NCBI GenBank assembly: GCA_021809325.1
Contig: JAKBAE010000002.1
Span: 1-50,307 of the forward strand
DNA length: 50,307 nucleotides
Direction of reading: 5' to 3'
From: a bacterium
GTDB taxonomy: Bacteria; Chlamydiota; Chlamydiia; Chlamydiales; SM23-39
Positions 18,556-26,195 of the stretch are shown here, in pieces. Made by a program: the position numbers and the translations under genes. The notes under the pieces are model-generated. The model was not told the DNA's origin. It saw only the letters and a program-made list of their open reading frames with translations, and searched no databases. Each line of letters begins with the position of its first letter. The first letter of the stretch is position 1.

Positions 18556-18722
18556 TATACCGTGCGCGGATAGATGCTTGAATTTTGGCGGTCTCAGAGT
18601 GATCCAGATTTTGACGATCGAGAGGAGGGCCATATTGCAGCAATATGGCCGACGAACGATCGTCAAAAGATGGATCGCCATGATGGCCGCCAAAATTTAA
18701 GCAGCTACCCGCGCACGGTATA
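18556..18722. mobile_element. MITE-like 167-bp palindromic repeat, copy B
   Basis: Aligns end to end with 1278-1444 in the same orientation. I count 8 substitutions and no indels by eye. Two of the substitutions break the terminal inverted repeat. Confidence 0.65.
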
Positions 18723-18747
18723 GCAGAAGTCATGATTTCACCATTGC

Positions 18748-19221
18748 TTATAGGTTCCAGCCCCCATTACAGAGCCAGTAAAGTGATAATCCAAAACATA
18801 TCCAAACCTGAACGTGTAAAATAACATGAAGGGTGTTTGGGACAACGTTATCTCCTCTTGAAGGCAGGAATGAGTGAGTATTACGATACTCTTCAAAACC
18901 CGCTTTATTGCCATGTATCCAATATCCGCCACCAAAATAGGGAATCCACCAAGCGGTAATTGTTCCAAAAGTAATAAGGCCATAAATAACTATAAAAAGA
19001 AGACGAGCCCAAAGGGGCAATAGAGATGTATAGTAAATGAATGTCACTAAAAGAGGAATCAAGACAAGTCCAGCATTTACTGCAGACCCAATCAGTCGAA
19101 ATTTCAGAGAATGAGCTTTTTTTAGAGCTGGTAAATTAGTGAAAGGAGGGAAATCAATCCAATCGTGTAACGCCATGAAGAACAATAAAATGAATTGAAG
19201 AACTACAAAGAAATAAATCAT
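18748..19221 (-). CDS. Hypothetical integral membrane protein (about 4 TM)
   Basis: Hydrophobic segments run throughout, and the composition is AT-richer than the neighbours by eye. I recognise no family. Confidence 0.6.
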   Translation of the reverse strand: MIYFFVVLQFILLFFMALHDWIDFPPFTNLPALKKAHSLKFRLIGSAVNAGLVLIPLLVTFIYYTSLLPLWARLLFIVIYGLITFGTITAWWIPYFGGGYWIHGNKAGFEEYRNTHSFLPSRGDNVVPNTLHVILHVQVWICFGLSLYWLCNGGWNL

Positions 19222-19242
19222 TATTTGAATCCTTGTTGTATT

Positions 19243-20055
19243 CTAAAATACGGCCTGGGTGGAGAACATATAGGCGAATTCATTGACGACGCGTCTTTCC
19301 AGAGTAAAGATAAACTTACTGGTCAGGCTCAGCGTACAGCCATAGAAATAGCCCAGGCTCTTTTCGTTGCGGTAGGTTAAAGCCGTTGTATCGGGCCCCG
19401 ATTGGATCTTTAACTTGGTGTTGAGATAGCTGATCCCGGCATAAGGAGTGATGATCCAAAAACGAGACGAGAGGGCGGCGGAGCCTTCCCATTCTCGCAG
19501 ATAGAACTCCTGCTCCCCTTCTTGCAGGTTCAAATTCAGCCGGTTGAGAAACTTGAAAAACGCTTTGTGAGAAGACGGAACGGCAAAATAACTCCCCTCT
19601 ACGCTAAAAAATGTTTGCCCCCATTGCAACAGAATCACCCTCAATCCCGTTGCCCAGGAAAAATGATAGGTTGTCTGGAGCTCAAAGAGCGAAGAATAAA
19701 ATGGCGATTCAGGCTCGTTGTGCCATTTGAGATGCTCCTTTGTGCCCCCCAAGAGCCCATAGGCTTCGAGACGCTGCAATAGGACAAGCGAGAATGAGGC
19801 CATCTGCGAATGGAGGCCGTAACGGGAAAAGGTTTTGTCGGGATCTAGGGCCGCAGTATCACTGCTTCCGCTAGCAAGCTCAAGGCGAAGGTCGGAGACA
19901 TAATCGGCCAAGTAGCCCGTTGTCGCCTTGACCCATGGATTGGAGGCGCTAAATAGGCCGCTGTTCATCAGCCCCGGATTGCAGGGATTGCCGATGGGCG
20001 CTGCTGCTAAAGGAGAAAGAAAAAAGCAAAAAAAGAAAGCAATGCGCTGGAACAT
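19243..20055 (-). CDS. MOMP-like (chlamydial major outer membrane protein family) beta-barrel porin
   Basis: Signal peptide MFQRIAFFFCFFLSPLAAAP followed by IGNPCNPGLMNSG, which resembles the mature MOMP N-terminus (VGNPAEPSLMIDG). The sequence has alternating beta-strand character and a C-terminal Phe. The track ORF begins at an upstream TTG (20088). Confidence 0.72.
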   Translation of the reverse strand: MFQRIAFFFCFFLSPLAAAPIGNPCNPGLMNSGLFSASNPWVKATTGYLADYVSDLRLELASGSSDTAALDPDKTFSRYGLHSQMASFSLVLLQRLEAYGLLGGTKEHLKWHNEPESPFYSSLFELQTTYHFSWATGLRVILLQWGQTFFSVEGSYFAVPSSHKAFFKFLNRLNLNLQEGEQEFYLREWEGSAALSSRFWIITPYAGISYLNTKLKIQSGPDTTALTYRNEKSLGYFYGCTLSLTSKFIFTLERRVVNEFAYMFSTQAVF

Positions 20056-20143
20056 ATCGAATCTAGTGAGATGGAAGGGAGTATACAAGGAAAGGCGATT
20101 TTCTCCCTTGGAAAAATTGGCCTTCTAGTATCCTTAGAGTTGT

Positions 20144-21718
20144 ATGGCTCGAAAAATTGCTCTTTTATCGGATGAGGCGATCAATCAAATCGCTGCAGGA
20201 GAAGTTGTTGAAAACCCCGCGTCGGTTATTAAGGAACTTCTAGACAATGCGTTGGATGCAGGGGCGGCTGCTATTTCCATCGAAATTCAAGCCGGCGGGC
20301 ATCAGTCGATTGTCGTCGAAGACGACGGCTGCGGCATGTCCCGCGAAGATGTAGAACTGTGTCTTCTCCGCCATGCCACTTCCAAAATTCGCGAAGCGTC
20401 CGATTTAGAGAGGCTCTCGACGATGGGATTTCGAGGAGAGGCCCTTGCTGCGATTGCTTCCGTATCCAAACTTGAAATTCGTACTTCTGATGCAGGGGAG
20501 GCAAGCCGCCTCTATGTGGAGGGGGGCCGGATTTCAACCCTCGAGCCGTGTGCGCGCAACCGAGGAACTACAGTCTCGGTCTCCTCTCTATTTTACAATG
20601 CTCCGGCCCGAAGAAAATTCCAAAAAAGCCCCCAGGCGAGCACGGCCGCCATCGTCCGCATCGCCGAGTCTTTAGCTATCGCTCATCCGGCCGTTGCCTT
20701 TTCCCTTCGCTCGCAAGGCCAGCTCCTTTTGGATGTGAGACCGACGGGGTGGAGGGAGCGGGTGCTCGAGATCTTGGGGGCGGAATATGCTCGGGGATCT
20801 TGGTTTGAAGAGGATGATCTTAAGGGGTTTCTTGGAGTCCCTGAAGAGGCAAAAGCAACGCGCTCAGGCCAGCTCTTTCTTTTGAACAGGCGTCCGATTT
20901 TCTCTCCTCTTCTCTCGAGGGCCTTAAAAGATGGATATGGGACGCGAATCGCAAGCAATGCCCACCCGGCTGCAGTGCTCCTTTTTGAGCTTGATCCGGC
21001 AGAGTTTGATGTAAACGTCCATCCGCAAAAGCGGGAGGTCCGTTTTCGCCGCGAAAGCGCTCTTTTTGCAAAAACGGTGAAAACGGTGCAGCGGGCGTTT
21101 TTACCCGAGTGCCAACCGGTTTCCCCATTTGTGTTTTCAGAGCGAATTGCGCCTGCCTTTTTCACCTCTCGCGAAGAGCCCCTTTTTTTTGAACCGCCGC
21201 CTGTTGAAAAACAAATCGATTTTCTTCCTCAAGAACCCGCCGGACGGCCTTTGGCTGTTCTCGGACCCTTTCTTCTCTTTGAGCAGCAGGGAAACCTTTA
21301 CGTAGCAGATCTCGGGGCTGTATGTGAAGAAAGGGCTCTTGAAACCGAAGAAAAGCAGGCCCTTCTGATACCAATCGAATGCCCCCTTTCTTTGGAGGAA
21401 TCCCAAATGGCAGGCGAGCTGATGGACCATTTGGAAAAGGCCGGTCTAGACGCCCGTTTGCTCGGGCCGAAGCGCTTTTGCATCGACGCGGTTCCCGAGT
21501 GGCTCGATCCGGGCAAGCTAGAGCCATTAATGCGGGCTTTGAAAGAAGACCTGCTCAAAGGAATCCCTGTTGAAGCGACGCTCAGGAGAGTGGCGAGGAG
21601 CGGTTTTTCGAAGAACTTTACCCTTGAAGAAGCTGCAGCTCTTTGGCGGCAAGGAAAAGCTATTCGCCAAATTTGTCTGGAGCCAACTGATTTAGAGAGG
21701 TTTTTTATAAAACAATGA
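20144..21718 (+). CDS. mutL: DNA mismatch repair protein MutL
   Basis: The N-terminal GHKL ATPase region reads INQIAAGEVVENPASVIKELLDNALDAGA, DDGCGM, GFRGEALAAI. Confidence 0.95.
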   Translation: MARKIALLSDEAINQIAAGEVVENPASVIKELLDNALDAGAAAISIEIQAGGHQSIVVEDDGCGMSREDVELCLLRHATSKIREASDLERLSTMGFRGEALAAIASVSKLEIRTSDAGEASRLYVEGGRISTLEPCARNRGTTVSVSSLFYNAPARRKFQKSPQASTAAIVRIAESLAIAHPAVAFSLRSQGQLLLDVRPTGWRERVLEILGAEYARGSWFEEDDLKGFLGVPEEAKATRSGQLFLLNRRPIFSPLLSRALKDGYGTRIASNAHPAAVLLFELDPAEFDVNVHPQKREVRFRRESALFAKTVKTVQRAFLPECQPVSPFVFSERIAPAFFTSREEPLFFEPPPVEKQIDFLPQEPAGRPLAVLGPFLLFEQQGNLYVADLGAVCEERALETEEKQALLIPIECPLSLEESQMAGELMDHLEKAGLDARLLGPKRFCIDAVPEWLDPGKLEPLMRALKEDLLKGIPVEATLRRVARSGFSKNFTLEEAAALWRQGKAIRQICLEPTDLERFFIKQ

Positions 21719-22761
21719 ATAGAATTGCCCGCTTGCAAGATAGACTTCTCCATTGGCATCTCGATGCGCTCCTCATCGAAAATCCCATCGACCTTCTGTA
21801 TCTCACAGGTTTGACCCTTTCTAGAGGCAGGCTGCTCGTTTTTGCGGACCGGGCCGAGCTTTGGGTGGATGGGCGCTATTTTACCTATGCTTCTGAAAAA
21901 GAGACTGTCCCTGTGCGGCTTTGGGACAGCCAAGTTTCGCTTCCTGCAGGCAAGATCGGGTTTGACAGTTCTTTTACCAGCGTAGAAGCGAGAGCGCAGC
22001 TTGGCCGCGAGCAGCCTCAAGCAGCTTGGCAGGCAATTGCAAAGCCCCTAAAAGAGATCCGAAGTGTGAAAGGGAAAGATGAGATCGGAGCCCTTCAGCG
22101 AGCAGCCGATCTGACTTGGAGAGGCATCCTGCACATGAAGAGCTCTCTTCGAGTCGGAGTAAGCGAGAAAGAAGTTGCTTGGGAGTTCGAGCAGTTTGTT
22201 CGAATGCATGGCGCATCTGCCCTTTCATTTGCTCCCATCGTCGCTTTTGGTGAAAATAGCGCTCTTCCCCACCACCGAGCTTCGCTTTCTCGTTTGGAGA
22301 AGGATCAGATCGTCCTTTTTGATGTGGGGGCCGTTGTCGATGATTACTGTGGCGATGCCACCCGGGTTTACTTTTTTGGCTCTCCCGATCCGGAGCTTAA
22401 GAAATTGTATGCGTGGGTTCGGGAGGCTCATCTCGCCGCACGGAGGCAAGTGCGTCCCGGCGCGAAAATCCAAGAAATCGATCAGGCTGCGAGAAAGGTG
22501 TTTATAAGAGAAGGGGTAGAAAATCTCTTTATTCATAGCTTGGGACATGGTATCGGGTTGGAAACGCATGAGTTTCCTCTTCTTCGCAAAGATGGCTCCG
22601 ACGCCGAGCTTGCTTTGCAAAAAGGGATGGTGTTTACAATTGAGCCCGGACTCTATTTGCCGAAAAGAGGCGGGGTTCGGCTTGAGGATACGGGATTCGT
22701 AGACGAGACGCAGTTTTGCTCGTTTTATCCCGAGTTGGAAGAAAATCCTTCGATAGGATAG
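21715..22761 (+). CDS. pepP: M24-family Xaa-Pro aminopeptidase
   Basis: Metal-binding blocks: DVGAVVDDYCGDATR, HSLGHGIGLETHE, FTIEPGLY, VRLED. The gene shares an ATGA overlap with mutL. Confidence 0.9.
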   Translation: MNRIARLQDRLLHWHLDALLIENPIDLLYLTGLTLSRGRLLVFADRAELWVDGRYFTYASEKETVPVRLWDSQVSLPAGKIGFDSSFTSVEARAQLGREQPQAAWQAIAKPLKEIRSVKGKDEIGALQRAADLTWRGILHMKSSLRVGVSEKEVAWEFEQFVRMHGASALSFAPIVAFGENSALPHHRASLSRLEKDQIVLFDVGAVVDDYCGDATRVYFFGSPDPELKKLYAWVREAHLAARRQVRPGAKIQEIDQAARKVFIREGVENLFIHSLGHGIGLETHEFPLLRKDGSDAELALQKGMVFTIEPGLYLPKRGGVRLEDTGFVDETQFCSFYPELEENPSIG

Positions 22762-22765
22762 CGAA

Positions 22766-24529
22766 ATGTTGGGTTATCGAAAGAAAATCTTGCTTAGCGA
22801 TTTGGTCCTCTTTCTGATTTTTATTTCTATTCTATTTCCTTTTATTCGCAACACTGTGGGAGGCATTGTCCAACACTCCATTGCACAGAGAGCGAACGAG
22901 CTGATCTCGCGTCTTAAAAAAGAGCCGGATGCTTCTGCTATGGTCAGCTATCTCGAGCAGGAAAACAAATATGTCTTTTACAGGGCTACGCTTTTCGATC
23001 GCAATGGCGAAGTTCTTTACGATACACATCTTGAAAGCTCTGATCAGGAAATGCTTGTAGAGACCGGCAAAACCCCTGAAGTTGAAAACGCAATCAAATA
23101 CGGCCAAGGATATAGCGAGCGCTTTACAGCCTTATTTAACCAAGTCATTGCATACGCGGCCTTTTCTTTCGAAGCAGATCACGAGGAATACATTCTTCGG
23201 ATCGGATTCCCTTTCACGGAACTTAAAGAGCTGACTAATAATTTCGAGATCGGTTTCCTCATCCTCGGCGGAGTGATCCTTTTACTCTATAGCATGATGA
23301 CATGGGCGATTATGCATCGCTTAAGCTTGCCTATCCAGCAGATCATTACCGCAATCGAGCCCTATCAGGCGGGAAAACAGGAATATCTTCCCCGAATCGA
23401 GATCGATACCAATATGCAAGGAAATGACGAGTTTTTCAAACTGGCGCATACTCTCAACTCGCTCAATTCGCGTATCCAAAAGCAGTTTGAACACCTTGAG
23501 CGCCAAAATGAAGAGACGGAAGCGATTCTCGAATCGCTTGGAGAAGGGGTGATCGCCGTCGATATAGAAGGGGTTGTGGTGTTTGCAAATCAAGTCGCAA
23601 CCAAAATGCTCCAGACGCCTAGGGAAGAGATCCTGCATCGAAAATTCAGCGAGATCAAAGCCCAGCGCCATGAGCTGGTGCAAGAGTGCAGTGAAATAAT
23701 TAAAGCAGCGCAAGAACGTGCAGAGATTGTAGTTCAGACATTTACTATTGAAGAGGGCCAGCGTTTTTATTTCGATTTGATCGCGTCTCCTGTGAAGCAG
23801 CATAGCGGGAGTATTCTTGTCTTGCAGGATAAGACGTCTGATTACCGCATCGTTGAAATGGGAAAAGATTTCATTGCAAATGCCTCGCATGAGCTGCGTA
23901 CGCCGATAACAATCATCCGCGGCTTTGCAGAAACACTGAACGACTTGCCTGACCTTTCCCAAGAGATGCTAAAAGAAATTACAGAAAAAATCGTGAGGAC
24001 TTGCCATAGGCTCGACTCTCTCGTAAAAAGCTTGTTGACTTTGACCGATATTGAAAATTTAAGTGACGAACGGCTTCTTCCCGTTGATGTGGTTCTTATT
24101 TGCGATAATTGCAAGCATATCATTTTAACTGCGCACCCAAATGCAAAGGTGAATTTGCATAAAGGGATTGAAAAAGGGGTGGTCTTAGCAGATCCTGACC
24201 TATTGGAGATGGCTGTCATAAATCTATTGCAAAACGCAGTGAAATACTCGCCGGCGCCGGCTCAAATCGATCTTTCCGTCAACGCCCAAGGAAAGCAGAT
24301 CATCATCCGGGTTGAAGATCATGGGATCGGCATTCCGGAAGCGGACCTTCCGCATATTTTCAATCGGTTTTATACGGTAGATAAAGCCCGATCTAGAAAG
24401 TTCGGGGGAACAGGGCTGGGGCTTTCAATTGTTAAAACGATTGTGCAAAAGCATAAAGGGACCATACAAGTGGCCTCCCAGTTAGGACACGGTACAACGT
24501 TTACCATCTCCCTTCCGGTAGAACATTAA
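22766..24529 (+). CDS. Membrane sensor histidine kinase (PhoR-like: TM, sensor loop, TM/HAMP, PAS, HisKA, HATPase)
   Basis: H-box is FIANASHELRTPIT, N-box is LLQNAVKYS, G1 is EDHGIGIP and G2 is GGTGLGLSIV. The PAS-like block is ESLGEGVIAVD. Confidence 0.93.
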   Translation: MLGYRKKILLSDLVLFLIFISILFPFIRNTVGGIVQHSIAQRANELISRLKKEPDASAMVSYLEQENKYVFYRATLFDRNGEVLYDTHLESSDQEMLVETGKTPEVENAIKYGQGYSERFTALFNQVIAYAAFSFEADHEEYILRIGFPFTELKELTNNFEIGFLILGGVILLLYSMMTWAIMHRLSLPIQQIITAIEPYQAGKQEYLPRIEIDTNMQGNDEFFKLAHTLNSLNSRIQKQFEHLERQNEETEAILESLGEGVIAVDIEGVVVFANQVATKMLQTPREEILHRKFSEIKAQRHELVQECSEIIKAAQERAEIVVQTFTIEEGQRFYFDLIASPVKQHSGSILVLQDKTSDYRIVEMGKDFIANASHELRTPITIIRGFAETLNDLPDLSQEMLKEITEKIVRTCHRLDSLVKSLLTLTDIENLSDERLLPVDVVLICDNCKHIILTAHPNAKVNLHKGIEKGVVLADPDLLEMAVINLLQNAVKYSPAPAQIDLSVNAQGKQIIIRVEDHGIGIPEADLPHIFNRFYTVDKARSRKFGGTGLGLSIVKTIVQKHKGTIQVASQLGHGTTFTISLPVEH

Positions 24530-25425
24530 GTTTTAGGAAGAAAAACCTGCTTTCTCAAACGGACGTCTCCCTCCTCTCCAACAAGGATTTTCTTGCCGGA
24601 CAGGCTGTGGCGCGCCGTTTTCAGATCGAGCAATTCAAAAAAATCATCGCTGATGCTTGTTAAACCCGATAGGCTGCAGATTTCTAGGATCCTCTCTTTG
24701 GAAAGGGGGTTTTTGTTCTTATGTAGCTCTTCATATAAAAGAACTCCTGCTTTTGGATTGAACAAAGCAGAAAGCATTGCCGGGGAAGCATGCTTGAGAC
24801 ATAAGGGGGACGGATTGCGCTCAATCGAAATAAAATCGGACAAACACGGGTATCCTTTTCCTGTTTTCAGTTTTGTCCCCTTCAACATGCGGTAATAGAT
24901 CGTTTGCAGCGGGTAAAGCCGCTTTACATTTTTATCCTTCAAAAGGAGTTTTTCAAGCGCCGGCGGAGAGTTCTGATTCTCCTCGCATTGGCAGGCTAAG
25001 AGCATAGCGTCGAGAAGGGCGTACTCCAGCCGGCCCTCTATGCCAAAGAGTGGTTTTTGATAGAGCGAGCGTAAGATCTGTGCCGCAGTTTCGTATAAAA
25101 AGGGATGTTTGTTTTTCCCCTCGAGGATAAGAGGCCAGAGATTGAGGCGGGAACATTCTCCGTTCAAAGGCAACGGGTTTTCTTTTTTTTTAGTTTGAGC
25201 GGCGGAGCGGTTTTGTTCTTTGGGTTTAGAATCCTTTTTTTTAGACTTAGATCTTAAAGATTTGTAGCATTCCGATTCGTAGGAATTAAGAATTTTCCGC
25301 GTAGCTTTCAAATGGTTTTGGCAGGAGATTTCTACGGGTTTTCCGAGAAGAATTTTTTGCAAGGAGAGAGAAAACGTACAAGCGCAGATGAGCAGGATAG
25401 TGAAAATCAACCCCAAAATGTTCAT
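24526..25425 (-). CDS. Membrane-anchored hypothetical protein, possibly a GspK-like minor pseudopilin
   Basis: The N-terminal hydrophobic helix MNILGLIFTILLICACTF lacks a Glu at +5. The gene is ~300 aa and is translationally coupled (ATGA) to the upstream pseudopilin-like gene. Confidence 0.5.
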   Translation of the reverse strand: MNILGLIFTILLICACTFSLSLQKILLGKPVEISCQNHLKATRKILNSYESECYKSLRSKSKKKDSKPKEQNRSAAQTKKKENPLPLNGECSRLNLWPLILEGKNKHPFLYETAAQILRSLYQKPLFGIEGRLEYALLDAMLLACQCEENQNSPPALEKLLLKDKNVKRLYPLQTIYYRMLKGTKLKTGKGYPCLSDFISIERNPSPLCLKHASPAMLSALFNPKAGVLLYEELHKNKNPLSKERILEICSLSGLTSISDDFFELLDLKTARHSLSGKKILVGEEGDVRLRKQVFLPKT

Positions 25426-26066
25426 GTTTCTTTCCTCTCATACGTAATTGGCTGTGAAAAGGGGAGCGAAAAAGCGAATGAGAGATCTTCATTTTCTGTT
25501 TTTGCGATGAGACGAATGATCGAAGGTGTATCCCACCGGTTTTTTGGCCAGGATGCCAGCCAATCGAAAGAGGCGTTTCCCTTGGATGAGTCCTCATTTT
25601 TTTTTGATAAGAACTGAAATTTCAGAGTTTGAACATTTTGCAGCAGCAGCTCTTTGCGGCAAGCCTTTTTTGGGGACTCTGACAGGGGACGCACAGATAA
25701 AAAAAGATTTTTTTCTCCATCAAGAGCAATCTCTCCTTGAACGGTTCCGCTGAAGCGGGGGTCCGGATCGATTCCATTGTCGAAGATCGCTGCAAGGCCC
25801 GGGAACTCGCCCTCTAGGGTGTAAAGAGAAGGGGCGGAGGTGTCGGGAAGGGTTGATCGAGGGAGAATGGAGGAAAAAAAGTGCAGAAGCCTGATTTGAA
25901 GATGCTCCCTGGCAAAAGCTTCTTTTCGCACCGCGTCGATTTTTCGATCCATTTGCAAGGTATTGCTAAAGAATCTAAGCAATAGAGAGAGCATTGTTCC
26001 AATAAGAAGAAGGGCGATCAACAGTTCCATCAGAATGATCGGTCGCTTTGATCGGTCGCAATGCAT
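25422..26066 (-). CDS. Pseudopilin-like protein (degenerate prepilin-type N-terminus)
   Basis: MHCDRSKRP-IILMELLIALLLIGTML: a short basic leader, then a hydrophobic helix with Glu at position +5. Confidence 0.6.
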   Translation of the reverse strand: MHCDRSKRPIILMELLIALLLIGTMLSLLLRFFSNTLQMDRKIDAVRKEAFAREHLQIRLLHFFSSILPRSTLPDTSAPSLYTLEGEFPGLAAIFDNGIDPDPRFSGTVQGEIALDGEKNLFLSVRPLSESPKKACRKELLLQNVQTLKFQFLSKKNEDSSKGNASFDWLASWPKNRWDTPSIIRLIAKTENEDLSFAFSLPFSQPITYERKET

Positions 26067-26121
26067 AAAATCCCACCGAATTAGGGAGTGTGCCTAAATG
26101 ATTGCTTCGTCGATTTTCGGG

Positions 26122-26130
26122 ATTATACCA
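26122..26130 (-). promoter_or_regulatory. Candidate extended -10 promoter (TGGTATAAT on the minus strand) for the 25422-26066 pseudopilin-like gene
   Basis: The reverse complement of ATTATACCA is TGGTATAAT. It lies about 55 nt upstream of the start codon, inside the loop of a 10-bp inverted repeat (26085-26094 / 26146-26155). Confidence 0.4.
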
Positions 26131-26195
26131 ATCGTAAGAAATAAAGGCGCACTCCTTAGGCTGCAATTATAGCATTCTAGCAAGGAAATGACCAA

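Noticed and set aside
21298..22020. 240-aa minus-strand ORF spanning the mutL/pepP junction
   Set aside because: It is antisense to two well-supported genes. Its Arg/Ser-rich composition is typical of a GC-biased antisense frame.
23321..23962. 213-aa minus-strand ORF
   Set aside because: It is antisense to the histidine kinase PAS/HisKA region and has no recognisable motifs.
25975..26166. 63-aa minus-strand ORF between the OPT gene and the pseudopilin-like gene
   Set aside because: It overlaps the start of the 214-aa gene in another frame and covers the promoter and inverted-repeat region. It has no RBS or motif.
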